A stretch of 64,000 nt of DNA from Camelus ferus. Lineage: Eukaryota. The notes beneath the pieces are model-generated. The model worked only from the letters and a program-made list of their open reading frames with translations, made no database searches and had not been told where the DNA came from. Below, one piece after another: positions 1 through 13,076 of the stretch; the stretch's first letter is position 1, and each line of letters starts with the position of its first letter. The stretch covers positions 35,404,001 to 35,468,000 of the forward strand of contig NC_045696.1 of the NCBI RefSeq assembly GCF_009834535.1, in the 5' to 3' direction. Made by a program: the position numbers and the translations under genes.

Positions 1-859
1 TTAAGTGCTTACTAAGTTCAGTTATGTCTAATCACACAATGGACACTGCAGATATGAAAGTCAAAGTGATAACAACTAGACTTCCACAGGGGATGTTTGA
101 TCAAACAAATACCTTGAATTCTGAATTAGATGTAAAATTATCAGTGGCCTTCAGGAAATTTGGACAGTAGAATTTGACACATATTCCTAGTATATGTGTA
201 CTTGTTTATATTTTATATGTATAGACAGATTATAACAAAGAGGAAATATTGAGAAAAGAAGAAATGAAAAAGGCTAAAAGACATATCAATAGCAGGGGAC
301 AATGTACCTCATTTGAGAGACCTACTAGTGTAGATCGTAGATGGCATTCTTCATTCCATGATCGATGGTCATTTCCAGAATTTGAAAATTACTGTAACTT
401 CTCCAAATGCATGTATACACCTTTGAGAAAGCTTCAAAATACTGATTATAAATAGGTCAATATTCTAGGTCACTGTAGTGTTACCAGGTATCAGTTTGAA
501 TTTAATATGTATTTTTCCCAAGCCATTAATTACTTACCTCATGTAAAACAGAATGACAGACTGATACAGGCAGAATACAGCATCATATGTATCTGTAAGA
601 CTTTTATAAATTTGTCTTTTATAAATTTAGTATAGGATTTGCTTCTTATAAATTTGGACAAGTTCTAACACCTTTTCCTGATTATGCTCAGGACTAAATC
701 TTATGGGCGAAGACATGCTCAATGCTTTAACTTTGGTAATGAGAGAAACATTATGAACACATTAAGTATTATTATAAGGGGAATGAGGCAATTGATGATT
801 CTTAAAAACAGCAGAGAGGTAGATCCAGTTTTCATGGCTGGATTGTGTGCCACTGAAAA

Positions 860-1313
860 TCATTTGTGTCTAATTATCTACTCCAAAATCCATTCAATCC
901 TTTCTCCTAATGAGAAGGATCCTATTTTATTCAGAGGGACATTGTATCCTACTAAAGGAATACATTTCCCAGCTTCTGTTGAATCAGAATGTGTGCATAT
1001 GACAAAGTTTTGATCAATGTGATGTAAGCAGGGGTATGGGATTTCTACGAGGATGCTGTACAGGGGATCTGGCATTTGGGTATTGACTGGCGGTGCAGTA
1101 ATGATCTTGTGATACCAGGATGTGAGCTACCTACTGGGGCGGTGTAGAGAAGAGGTGTGAGAAGCCTGGCCCACTGATGATTTCAGGGAGCTACCATAGC
1201 AGTTACAAACTGCCTACTTCCAAGCTCTTTATGTGAAAAAATTAGACCTTGTATATTAATGATGCTTTTCCCAGTTCTATCACTACTAGTAGAACATAAT
1301 TACTAACTAATAC
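860..1313 (+). mobile_element. Old MaLR (MLT1-type) solo LTR
   Basis: Contains CATTTCCCAGCTTC, TGACAAAGTTTTGATCAATG-type and CTGCCTACTTCC motifs, and ends CTAACTAATACA like an MLT1 3' terminus. The 5' boundary is approximate. Confidence 0.6.
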
Positions 1314-2879
1314 ACCACCCATATATTATTTTAGAAAAACCTAACATAAATCTAGTATGGTATTATGTACGTAAGTACATACATTCTACATTCTGTATAG
1401 AAGCATGATATTATAAGTAATAGAAATTTAAAAATATAGAAATTAAGTATTAACACATGAAATTTGCCAATACATTTCATAGTCTGGTACATCCTGAAGT
1501 TCAAGAAAGAAAACTCTTCTTTCAAATTCTGTTTGCAGTGATCCATCCACCTTTACTCTTAAAAATGAGAGGCATTTACAGGAGGCTGAAAGTGGGATTT
1601 TTGATTTTTTAAATCGTAGACGTCCTATGTGGAGAAAGTATTCAAAAATGTTTGAAAGGAGTTTTTCATTTGATAAAGACTTCTGTCTCACCTTGAGATG
1701 GTGACATGGATTGTTTACCTTATTTCACATACGTTCCTGGGTATTTTAACTCATTTTTCTCTGGATCACAAAAGTTATCATCATCCATATTAATCTGTAT
1801 CTCTGTGTTCTCTGCTTTATCTGATTGCAATTACAAATCCCATCCCAAGTTCAAGGAATGAAATGAGACAACACAACATACCTAAGTCACATACATTAGA
1901 ATTTACAAAATACACTCAGTTGTCTACTTCTGGCCAACATAAAACAACCTCCTTGTGCTGTTTCTTATTATGATTAAAGGCCCTCCGAAACAACACAGAC
2001 CCTCTTTCTCCACCGCCAACCTCCTTTCACATATGGAAGTTTTAACTTAGGGTCAGGACCATTCAAGATGTCTAGGTGATTTTACTCATCTGTTTTTATG
2101 AATAATTCTCAGGACCCAAAATGTTCACACTGTTAAACATTAGGGAGGACTAATGGAATATAAACTATTACATTTGAAAGAAAAAGCCTGGAATTCAAAT
2201 CATTGTTCTTTCATTTATCGTTTCAACCTTCAGAAACTTAACTTATAATTTTCTAAAAGAACATGGTCATATTTTTGCAGAATCAAGACACAGTGTGGTA
2301 CAAAGTAAAGATTACTTTTATGATTATGGGAATGCATTTAATACAAAAGTGAATGTGAAAAATCACAAGGAAATTTATAGCTATGATTCTAGATGAAAGG
2401 GGGAATGTGAGTGTATATATGCTGACAGCAATTTGAAAAGATTCCTTGTGAACTAGGGACTAAATTCCAGCACTGGACACCAGTTTGCTGGGGTACGCTT
2501 AGAAAAGTCTCTCAAGTTTCAGTTTTTAGTAAAAATCTGTAAAATTGCTGAATTATTTTGTTTATTTTTTATAAACATTAGGTGCATATTTATGAGCTAT
2601 AATAGCTGAGTGGAGAAAATAATTTAAATGTAAGTTAGTACAAAAAAGTGTATATAAATAAGCCCCTCACTCTCTGTTAATTACAACTGGTATGGATACA
2701 GTAAAACAGCAGATGTTTAGAAAATGAAGAGACCAACAATGAGCTGGGGTCCTTGGGCAAAGAGACCTTCAAAACCGGAAGTTTAGTTTTGGTTTAGAGG
2801 GTGTGTACAAGTCAGAGAGAAGACAGGAATGTTTCCTACCCCCTCCCTGGGGTTCACAAGATACCTTGCTCTCCTGCTT

Positions 2880-3916
2880 CTTTGTTTCATGCTAGGGACA
2901 CCTTCTTCGTTGACTTGGCTGTTGCCTCTTCATTTCCAGACTTCTCCAAAATGCAGATTCATATATTCAACTTCCTTCTTCACATTTCCATCTGAAATTA
3001 AACTTATGAAAAACCGATTTCCTCTTTCTCGCCCTACGCTACCCCACAAATATACTTCTTGGGGAGTTCTTTGTCATCTCAGTTCATGGCCACCTGCTCA
3101 TTCTAGGTGATCATACCAAAAACTTTGTGGTAACTTATTCTTTTCTTTCTCTTATATTTCACTTGCAATGAGAGTGAATCATGTTGACTCTCCTTTCAAA
3201 ATGTGTTAAGAATTAACTATTTCTTACCATCACCTCTGCTAGCATCCTGGCCAGGACACCACCATCTTTTTGCCTGGATTACTGTAAAACTTGAGCTCCC
3301 TGCTTCTGCATTTGTCCCATTGCAGTTACAGTCCATTTTGAAATTAAAATGGTAAGTCAGCTGTGTCACTGTGCTCACCACCCTCCAGTAGGTTTCCCAT
3401 CTCACTCTGTTAAAGTCTTCAGCATTGCTTAGAAGACCTGAATGATCTCCCTCCAGTGGTACAAGACCTTATCCTGTACTCTTCCTCATGTGGCTCCATC
3501 TTTGCTGGCCTCCATGGTGAGCTTGAACAAGCCAGGTCTGCTTTTATCCCTGATTGTCAGCACTTGCTCCTCCCTCTTTCTGCAAGTGTAGCCATCCCTA
3601 GGGTCTTCCTCTCTTGTCTTTCATTTCTTTTCCCTTCAAATGCCAACCTCTCAGTAAGGCTTGTCTTGATCACTGTTTTAAATTTTATTCCCTCTCTTCC
3701 ATGGCAATCCCTGGGACATGTCTTTCTTTTATTATCTCTGTAACACTTAATCTCACCTCTTAACATTCTCTGTAGTGTATTTAATTTAAAAAAATACACT
3801 CCCTTACTTTTAGAACAGGAAGGCAGATATTTTTGACTCCTTTGTTTTCCAAGTTATCTCTGGAGCCCAGGACAAGACTTGACACAGGGGAGCACTCAAT
3901 AAATATTTGTTGAATG
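2880..3916 (+). mobile_element. LINE-2 3' fragment
   Basis: Pyrimidine-rich L2-type body (TCAAATGCCAACCTCTCAGTAAGGC) ending in the L2 terminus CACTCAATAAATATTTGTTGAATG. Confidence 0.75.
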
Positions 3917-6900
3917 CTTCAATAAGTTAATCAATTGATAAATGTAGAAAAAGAGATCTTCCCCTTATGAATTCTTGAGAAAATGTTATAAGAATCTATG
4001 GACTAGATATCCTTATATAAGTGTGAAATGTGTGCATAAGAGTATAGAAGATCATAGTCCTTTATTAATTCTGAGAATACTAGTTTGAAGTCTAGTTTTT
4101 GAGATTGCTTTGTTTAATGGATGGCTACAATAAAAAATATTTTAAATGTTTTGATCAAACTAGGGTTAATTTTATAAACCATATGAAATACTTCAATCCT
4201 TTGGCAGCTGTTTTGTAAACAACTGTATATAATTGGTAGATTGGTCAAAAGACTGAAAAATGTAATACAAAGTTTTAGGAATCAAAAGGATGATGGTTTA
4301 AAAAGAATGGAGCTTTAAAAAAATCAATATTTTATTTGAGACATAAGGTAGTTATCCTTATAGTTCATCCAAAGTTAAATGACACACTCAGTAGACCAAC
4401 TTCCTTAACCACAGTAAAGTATCTAAGAGCATATATAAATGATTGTAACAGTGGAGCAATGATAATTACAAAGTGTGAAAATTAATATGTCTGCAGTCCT
4501 TTAGCACGTGTTGATATATAAGCTTTAAATCCTATATAAATATGGAATAAATGACTATATATCCAGCTTTTCTTTATTGAACTAAAAAAGACAACCTTTA
4601 TCTTAAAGTCCTTCACAAATAACAGTTTTATCTTCTTTTAATCATTCAATTTATGTAGTTTAGAAAAGGAAATTGATCAATAGAAAAATAATTGTGTTAA
4701 AAGGTTTGGAAGATTTTTGTTGGTTTTTTTAAAGATAAAATTGTATTAAAGCATTCTTGAAGTCTGTTCAAAGTGACATCTATTAAGCACTTACGGTGCA
4801 TGTGTCTGATAGTATGTTCATTAAATGGGAAAAGATGAATATATGACATTATTTCCTGGTTGGAGGAGTTTTGGAGCTAGTAGGCAAAGAAATGTATATA
4901 AAATTGATAGATAATGAGGAGTATTCTAAAATAGAAATAATGATCTTGCATATTCTTCAATAGATTAGAAACTATTTATTAAATTGTAACTATGGTTTCA
5001 CCCAATCTATGCCATTTAAAACAAACTTCTCAAAGTTCTGGAACCATAAAATAGCTTTTTCTAGTTCTATTTTAAGAAGATTATCAAGTTGCATTTAGTG
5101 AGTGCTCACCTACCAGGCACTGACAATATATATTATGTATATTATTTCATTTAATTTTTCCAAGAATATATTAATTTCAGGTATGATATTAACTAGAAAG
5201 ATGCTACTACAGATGAGGGAGTGAACAAAAACTTTAAAAAATATTTCGGATTAAATCACCTATGATAACAATCCGTTTTTATTTTAAAGATGGCTTTTGC
5301 ATTGTCAATGAAAATCTTGAAAAGGAACGGGATCAATACTTTTTTTTTTTACGATGCCAGGCTTCATAGGCATCATTTGTAAAAGAAAAAAAGAGCAAAA
5401 CCAAAGCAAAACACCAAAATAACCACAGTTTGACAATTTGAACGAGCTCAAAAAAAAAAAAAAAATCATATACCTGTTGTTGAGGGTTGAGTTTTCTTGA
5501 TGGTGAAAATAGGACTTTAGTGACTTCCTTTCTGAGATTACCCTTTCTCATCTTTGAAAACATTGAACAGATTCATGGTTTATACAGTGTGTAGTTGAAT
5601 GCTGGGAACCACGTCCTGTTGCAGTGGTAGGAGTAATTACAGCTGTCAGTTCTTTCAACATGAGAAAACAACCTCGTTTCAACTTTACAAGAAACAGATT
5701 GTAAGTATCCAAAGGAAAAGAAATAACAATCTTTATATGATGAACAGTGTGGTGATTGTTAAAACTAGTCAACTTGGGCATTTGAAGGGGTAAGTTTACT
5801 GGGAGGCTGTTGGGAAGAAGATACCTTTTATATGCAAATTGGAGAGATTTTATGAATGAAGGAACAGAAGTTGAGTACTAAGTATCCTATGGGGACAAGA
5901 CTGGTGATTAGACTTTCCAGGATGGAGAAATGGTGTCTAAAGAAACTTGTTTTAACTGCTCTCATGTGAGTTTTGTTGTTTGTGTAAGTGTTTCCTTTGA
6001 ATCTGGGTGTTCCTCACATCTGCTTTATTTGGATGTTAGAAATCCAGGACTTCCTTAAACATATTAAACAAGAAGAAAGTAGGTAAAACTGGAAAAGGTG
6101 AAAATAATGTTATAAAATGAGGAGCAAATGTTCTTATTTTTAACTGATCTCCAGTTTTTAAAAAAAGTTTACTTTTTAATTTTTTTTAAGCATATAATGC
6201 TTCCTTTTGTTTTTTCTTTGCACATGTGGAAGGGTGATTTGGTGTGCTTTTGGCAAAAATTAGGCCAAAGTGCCAGGTTCAGATGTCTGGGAAATTGACA
6301 GAAGAGCTAATGTATTGTTTTTGGTTTTTTATCCCACTGTAAGGTAAGACTTCAAGGTCTGGTTTTCTAGTTTTTGCTCTTCCCTTTCCCCTTTCTCAGT
6401 GAAGAAGTTTGCTTCCTATCCTAGGCAAAAATAAGAATGGAATTAGTTGGCAAATTATCAAAACAAGTTAGCATGCAAAAGCTAAAAGAGAATGTTATAA
6501 TGTGACAGACCAGCAGCATTTTATTAAAAAAAAAAGTAGACTATAAAAGTGCTAGATATATTAAGACTTGAGTTTTTCTGACTACTTTTTATAGAATCAC
6601 TTTCCTTTTTCTCTTTATATTCACTCATGTCCACTACAGATTTTTTTTTTTCCTGAACAAATTATACCTAAGGATAGCCAGATGGCCTGGGACAGAAAAC
6701 AGGACACCTCTTGTTGCCTGGACAGGTTTCAGAATTGACACAGCATCCATGCACAGACGGATCCAGAGAATGTGGCAGAGGCAAGGTGTCTGCCTCTTAA
6801 TGTATAGAGTGCAAAAGCTAAAGGAACGGAATGAACTTCCATGGACAGTTTGGTTTCAGATATATGAGGCTGAAATTATGATGAAGGAAAGGTTTCTGCT

Positions 6901-7779
6901 GGGAGAAAAGCCAGGACACTAAGGTAGTGTGAGGCAGTGTCCTAGCCTTGGCCAACCGAATTCCACCCTTTTCTGACTGAACCACTTATTTGCAAGTTTT
7001 ACTTCAGAAAAATTATGATTAAAGATACTTTCATTAAAATAACAATTGCCAGATTTTCCTTACTACAGCTTTCAAATAATTTTCTAAACTTGTCAAATTA
7101 AAATTCTGTTTGATCGTTATTAACAGACACCTTTTCTCATACTTCAGCTGTTATTCATAACACCTGTAGCAAATATGTATGGTGTTCTTTCACAGAACCA
7201 GATCTTCTGCAAAGTTGATGGAAAAGAAAGAGAAGCAAGATGCATAGCATATCACATTTCTTTTAGGTGTTCTTCCTGATTTGCCTTTGGGTTCTGGAAT
7301 ATGTGCTTAAGTTCATGGTTATCTCAATAATCACGCTGCTCCCAGCAGATGACTGTTGTAAAGGGTAATGCTGGAGGAATAAAGACAGGGCCAGGGGGAC
7401 CAAGAAGCAGAGATGAAACTCTCTGGGGGCTGATGATGTACATTTATTGATTTCACAGTTACGCTACAGGTGACTAATTCCAGGAAGTTCTCTCTGCATG
7501 TCTCTAGAGAGACAATGGTAAGCAGAAAAATTTGTCCTTGGAAGTAGGGGAGGAAGGCAATAAATACCATTAGTAACATATATGCTGTTGATGTGGTAAC
7601 ATATGCAATGGAAACACATTTAAAAATAAAATTAAAGCAGGGGAGAGAGATGGGAAGAGTTCATGGGTAGAGATGAAATTTTAAACAGGATTGACAGAAA
7701 AAAGCCAGAGACGGTGACAAAAATGTCTAACAGTGGTGAAGCCTTTTTTTAACCTAACCCAGGTAGAAGGCTTGGCATT

Positions 7780-8005
7780 TACTTATTTATAATAAACTTA
7801 TGTCGTTTGGTGTACACCAGCGCTTTACAAATATTAACGTTTAATTTACATGGTAAGCCTATGAGACACAGTTTATTATCATTTTATAAATGAGAAAACT
7901 AAAGTACAATGAAAGTAACTAAATTGCTGAAGATCGTACAACCAGTACGTGGTGGAGACAGGATTTAAACCTAAACATTTCGAGTCCAGAGTTCTAAACC
8001 ATTTT
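7780..8005 (-). mobile_element. MIR SINE
   Basis: Core ATTATCATTTTATAAATGAGAAAACTAAAG...AAGATCGTACAACCAGTACGTGGTGGAGACAGGATTTAAACCTA. Confidence 0.75.
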
Positions 8006-9010
8006 TTAAATGCTTCTCCCTAAAGCAGAATTATTACAACAGAGTCTGTGATTCCGCTGAGGATTACCCTTAACACTAATGGTAGAAGATACGTAATTTC
8101 TCGTTGTAAGACCTCCTGTCTCACTTTTCAATTAGAGTATAAGTTGCTGAGGTTTTACTTTTTACTGTTTATCAAAAGAAGCTAAAGAACATACAATTTA
8201 TTGGTTGACTATTTTATTTGGTCAGGAATTCCCCGTCTTTCAGAAGACATTGTATTACTCCAAAAAATGTTAAGATTAAAATTTTAAACAAGTAAAATAA
8301 GTTGATAGGATGCTTCTTATCATATCTCCTTCCAGACTCATAAAAAAACCCAACACATTAATGTTTTAAAGGTTTTGAGAAATTCTGTTTAAAGACACAT
8401 GGTTTGCTTTTTTATAAACCAATTGCTTCCCAAACATATTTTACAATGGGCCTTTCTTCTTAGCAGTAGCATAATAACTGCTGACAATGTAGAGGACTCC
8501 AAGGTCTGAAAGAGACTGTTTAATAAGTAGCATCAAAAGAGGACTAGACCAAGTTGTTTTTCAAATTTGAAATTAGTTCTATCTGAAAGGAATAAAAATT
8601 TGGTAAGCCATTGCATACATAAAATATAAATGTACTTGCCCTTAATTTCCTTAAACAAAGAAAAAACTCTCTTACACATATATTGTGGAAAAGGAAATAT
8701 CTTTTTTTGTTACTTACCTGGATAATACATTATTATATATTCAAATATTTATAATATATTGTCAAAGACAGTATACTATAAATAACTTTACCATATCTTC
8801 AAAGGTGTATATGCATTATTTATTCGATGACTTATATCAGTTTGTTTTATACTAATATGGCTGCCATATTGATCAAATGTTTCTAGTGTTTGATTCATCA
8901 AACATCAATGTGTTTTGATTCACTGAGATTTAATTTTCATGTCGTATCTATAACCCTGATCATTTTATACCAAACTATAATTCTTTTTACCAAATCAGAT
9001 ACTAATTTTA

Positions 9011-9390
9011 TGTATCAGAGTTCTTAGTTGTTAGCATCAGAAACCCACTCAGGCTGATTTAGTCAGAAAAGGAATTTACCTAAAGGAACATCAGCAAGAC
9101 CCGACCACCCAGCCTAGGAGGCAGCAGGGTCCAGCTCGGGAGGGTACCGTGAGGACCAGAGCGAACACCACCACACTCTGTTGGTAAAGTCCCTGCAATC
9201 ACCACTGCGTTCATTTAGTGCTTGACTGTGGCCACTGGCACCACTGACAGGGCTGTCTATGGAACCTGGATGGCATTGCTGAAGCTGATGCCATGAGAAA
9301 AAAATCCTGCATTGACTCTCACTCCTATCTCACAGTTCTGGCCAGGAATAGTCAATAGCCAAGCACTCACTGCTAACTGGAGCCACAGAA
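9011..9390 (-). mobile_element. Old MaLR (MLT1-type) LTR
   Basis: Starts TGTATCAGAGTTCTTAGTTGTTAGCATCAGAAACCCACTCAGGCTGATTTAGTCAGAAAAGGAATTTA, typical of the reverse complement of an MLT1 3' end. Locally higher GC. Confidence 0.6.
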
Positions 9391-9646
9391 AATAAATGGG
9401 GAGCATTTAATGGTTGTGTATTCAAATATAGGAAGGTGGCTCGTTTCCTGGGAATGCAAGGTGGATAAATATCTAATATTATTACTATTAATGTTTTTAT
9501 TTTTATCATTTTAATTATTATGTTGGAATATACCCAAGTACTCCATGTAATAAGGCATTAGCTCTACATGGAGAATTGTGAAATTTGGTGTTGGAGGCTA
9601 AGCATGGTTCATTAAGAAACCAAATACCAACTAGGCTTTATATAGA

Positions 9647-9897
9647 CCTTTCCCCCTCCTCCTCTCCCTCTCCCCATCTTCCTTCTTTCCTTCCTTCTTT
9701 TTTCCTTGCTTTCTTTTTCTTTCTCTTTCTTCCTTCCTTCCTTCTTTCCTTTTGTTTTTTCTTTCTTTCTCTCTCTCTTCCTTTCCTTCTTTCTGTTCCT
9801 TTTCTTCTTTCTGTTCCTTTTCTTCTTTCTGTTCCTTTTCTTCTTCCTTCTTTCCTCTCCTTTTTCCTTTCTTTCCTTCCTTATCTTTTTCTTTTTT
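9647..9897. repeat. ~250-bp polypyrimidine low-complexity tract including 3.3 copies of an 18-bp unit CTTCTTTCTGTTCCTTTT (9786..9845)
   Basis: Read directly from the sequence. Confidence 0.95.
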
Positions 9898-10761
9898 GAT
9901 TTCTCCAAAACTAAAAAGATTGCACTAGATTTGAATATATACAAATTCATGTTGCAGTTACACCAACACCTTAAAACCTTTATCCTAATACCATTACGTT
10001 CTAAGAATTGGAATAAAAAATGTTGGTCATCAGTTTTCTTGCATTCTATCAGAAGAAGCAGTTTGCAAATGCAGCAAATGAGTATAATATGAAATCTATT
10101 AGAAGTTGACAATGTTATAGAGCAATTCAGATGGGTCTTACATTTATCCAGAGGCAGATAGACAACAGATATAATAAATAAGTAAATTGTATGATACATT
10201 AGTGTTTGATATTGAAAACTAGAAAAAAGCAATGTAGAGATCTTGTTGGTATCAGTTTCTTACATAAAGTGATGGTGATATTCAGGTTGTTTTCCTTTAG
10301 ATTGTTAGGAGGATAAAATGAGTCTTCATGGGAGGGCCCTATGAAAAGTTTTTAGTATTATGAAATTATTAATATTTAAAAATAAATAATTATAAATAAA
10401 TGTTCATAAGTAAATATCAGCTTTATATGCCAGCGCTGAGAGAAAATCAACATTGGGATTTGGGTATCTTTATATATTTTTTTCTATACACTCTTGTAAC
10501 ATAGTCAGAATCATGTTGTACAAGCAGACTTGCATCCTGTTTATTCCCGTCTCTAATTAATGTTGTAGCATAAACTTTCTTCATTACTGTTGTAAACTTG
10601 GTATATCGCTTTAGCAAATGTTTTCCAGGCTTTTTATACCAAATCCATCAGTGAAAATGTTTTACTTTTTTGGTCTCCTCAGCTCACTGATTGCTTCCAT
10701 CTCACAACCTCAAACGTCTCTATGTTTGAAATTTTTTTTTCTTTTTTAATTTCTTGTTTTA

Positions 10762-11081
10762 GAGTGGTTCTACTTTTTTGGTCTCAGGACCCCTTTATAA
10801 GACCCTTAAAATTATTGGGATTTTGTTTATGTGAGTTATGTCCATCAATATTTACTCTAATGGGAATTAAACTGGGAAATTTAAAGAAATTATTAATTAA
10901 TATACAAAATAACAGTAACTTCACTAGATGCTAACAAGAGAGATATGATGTCATCACACATCGTAGAGCTTCTGGTAAACTCTATTGAACAACAGTGAGA
11001 TAATTAAAGTGCAAAGGCAAATGCCACCTTGTTACTATGAAAATCATTTTGCCCTTCCTGGACCACACTTTGAGAACCATG
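10762..11081. mobile_element. Non-autonomous hAT-Charlie-type DNA transposon fossil
   Basis: Degenerate terminal inverted repeats AGTGGTTCTAC... and ...GGACCACACTTTGAGAACCATG; internal TTTTTGGTCTCAGGACCCCTTTA. Confidence 0.65.
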
Positions 11082-11189
11082 TTGTGTCAGAAATCTAGAG
11101 TAAAAAGGGACGTTTGAACAGGTAATACATTGATATGGTTCACTCAGGTCTGCCAGTAGGTCATCTTTTCTCCTTTCCAGAGGCCATTC

Positions 11190-11740
11190 CTATTTTTAAT
11201 CATGCATTTATATGTAGATAAGTATCGTGTAATGCTGTATAATTAAAACGAATGGAAGTTTTCAATCTTGTTTTTCTATAGCCTAGACTTTTTTTTGAAA
11301 CCTAACAATATGTTTTTTGAAACCTAACAACCTCTTTATGTGAAAGAGTCTCTTTGTAGCTTTAGTTTCTATATTTGCATGGTACTACATGGTCTGGATG
11401 CACCATAATTTATTTACGTGGTTTCTTACTGACGGGCAGTCACTTCTTCCTCTTTCATTTTTTTTTAATCCCCTAATATAAACATGGCTGTAATGAATAA
11501 CCTGGTATGAATATCATTTCACAGTTTAGTAGCTATATCTTTGTTTAATGCCTAAAATAGGAATTATTGGGTTCAACTTTGTGTGCATATTAAATTTTTA
11601 TAAATATTGTCAAACTGCCCTCAGTAGAGATTCCGCCAGTTTACTCTCTGGCTAGCAGTCCATGGAGGCATTGGTTTCTCCACCCCTTTGCCAATGCAAA
11701 CTGGTATTAAGTTTACTGATCTTTGGTAAATCCTTAATTT
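11190..11740 (-). mobile_element. Ancient L1M fragment (3' ORF2/UTR)
   Basis: GGATGCACCATAATTTATTTA, TAGGAATTATTGGGT, ATTGTCAAACTGCCCTC and GTTTCTCCACCCCTTTGCCAA occur in the same order as the L1 motifs at 55050-55330. Confidence 0.65.
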
Positions 11741-12260
11741 ACCATAATTTTTATTATTTTAAACTTGCTGTGCTTAATGTTAATGACCCTTTTTATCCAA
11801 GTGACACAATTCAGTTAAAATCACAACAAGTAGAAGATATACACAGATTCTGGGAATGAGTTGGTTGAACACGTAATTATCGTCCCTGTAGGGATGCTTG
11901 AGACTTATAATTAAAATGAGACAACAGTTACAAAGTGAGACTGTTCTACACACACTAGCCTGTGTGGTGTCCTAGGAGTCACCTTATGGAAATGGAAAAT
12001 GCAGGAGTAAATAAATGAACGTGCCATATACAGGAGCAGTTAGATCAGAAAGAATAAACCACCAAATTATTAAGGTATACATAATAATATTTTTAACTAC
12101 AAGGAATGGCCATGTTAATTTTATACAGAACCAAACACAGTGAACTGGGAGGCTATTTTTATGATCTGACTCCTGCTCATTGTGTGAAGTGATGTCTTAT
12201 TCAGTGTCGTCCTCCTTACCCAGAAACCACATGCCCAGCCTCTCCCTCTTTCTCCACTAT

Positions 12261-12660
12261 TGTGAGTTGGGTTTCCTTGGAAGCAGACTCTAAGAAGTAG
12301 GTCAGTATGCCAGACCTTTATCAAGAAGCACCTTGGGGTCATCCCTGTGGAAGGAAGAAGAGGAATCAGGAGTGGGGCTGGGATACAGACCCACCCCAGA
12401 GTGCAGAGCCTGTAACGTCTCTTAAAATGATCTGGAAATGGTCCAAGATAGCCAGGCCTTTTCATTCCTGCATTGTCTGTCTTTGGAGGCTCCACCCGGG
12501 AAGGGCATGAGCTCTGGCCTGGCTGCTCTCTACAACAGAGGCCACCTCTGAAGGGGCTGAGAGCTGCCAGCTGCCAGCACTCCCAGCAGCCAGGGCACGG
12601 AGTCCTTCAATGAAGAGGTGCCCCAATGGCAAGCTACAGTGTCAGCCTATGTATCAACAC
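12261..12660 (-). mobile_element. ERVL-type solo LTR (LTR16-like)
   Basis: GTTGGGTTTCCTTGGAAGCAGACTCTAAGA...TTTAT is the reverse complement of the LTR16-type 3' end. The GC-richer body continues across 12527 into the duplicated arm. Confidence 0.6.
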
Positions 12661-13076
12661 AGTCGCTCAACAAAGATCATTTACGCTGTTATAACTAATT
12701 CGATCTTAGGTTTACCAAGGGTATTTAATTTTATCGTGAGAACAATAAATGAGCCACATTTGTGTGCTTGTCTCCTTGGAGTCAGGCAGACTTCAGCTTG
12801 ACTCTTGCCACTTCCTCTTATTCACTGTAAGCTTCATTTTCTTCATCTCTAAGGGGGGAGGTGGAGGGTGACAATGCTTCTTTCATGGGGCTACTGTACA
12901 ACTTAAATGTTACAGTTTATGTGAAGAGTTTACCTCACTACCTGGTGCATAGTGAGCCTTCAACAATGATGACCCATATTTTTAAAGGATAATAAAAAAT
13001 GATAATAATATATAATTATTAATCAAGTTAATATAACGATTAACTTTTAATTTTTCAAGAATAATACTTTGATTTT
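12527..13076 (+). repeat. Arm 1 of a 550-bp inverted duplication (donor copy)
   Basis: Reverse complement of 24975..25522. Differences found by manual alignment: 12544 A/G, 12781 G/A, 12873 A/G, and T5 vs T3 at 13051-13055. Confidence 0.98.
12770..12975 (+). mobile_element. MIR inside duplication arm 1 (mirror copy at ~25074..25279)
   Basis: TGGAGTCAGGCAGAC...CTTCATTTTCTTCATCTCTAA...CCTGGTGCATAGTGAGC. Confidence 0.65.

Noticed and set aside
601..655. Short AT-rich direct repeats (CTTTTATAAATTT x2; similar cases at ~27447 and ~41379)
   Set aside because: Ordinary slippage or chance in AT-rich DNA.
9585..10232. Lys/Arg/Glu-rich and Phe/Leu/Ser-rich ORFs up to 206 aa
   Set aside because: Translations of the low-complexity C/T tract, which lacks stop codons.
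12610..12801. 63-aa ORF present twice (also 25248..25439, minus), suggesting a duplicated small gene
   Set aside because: It spans LTR- and MIR-derived DNA with no recognisable domain or gene structure. The identity simply reflects the recent DNA duplication.
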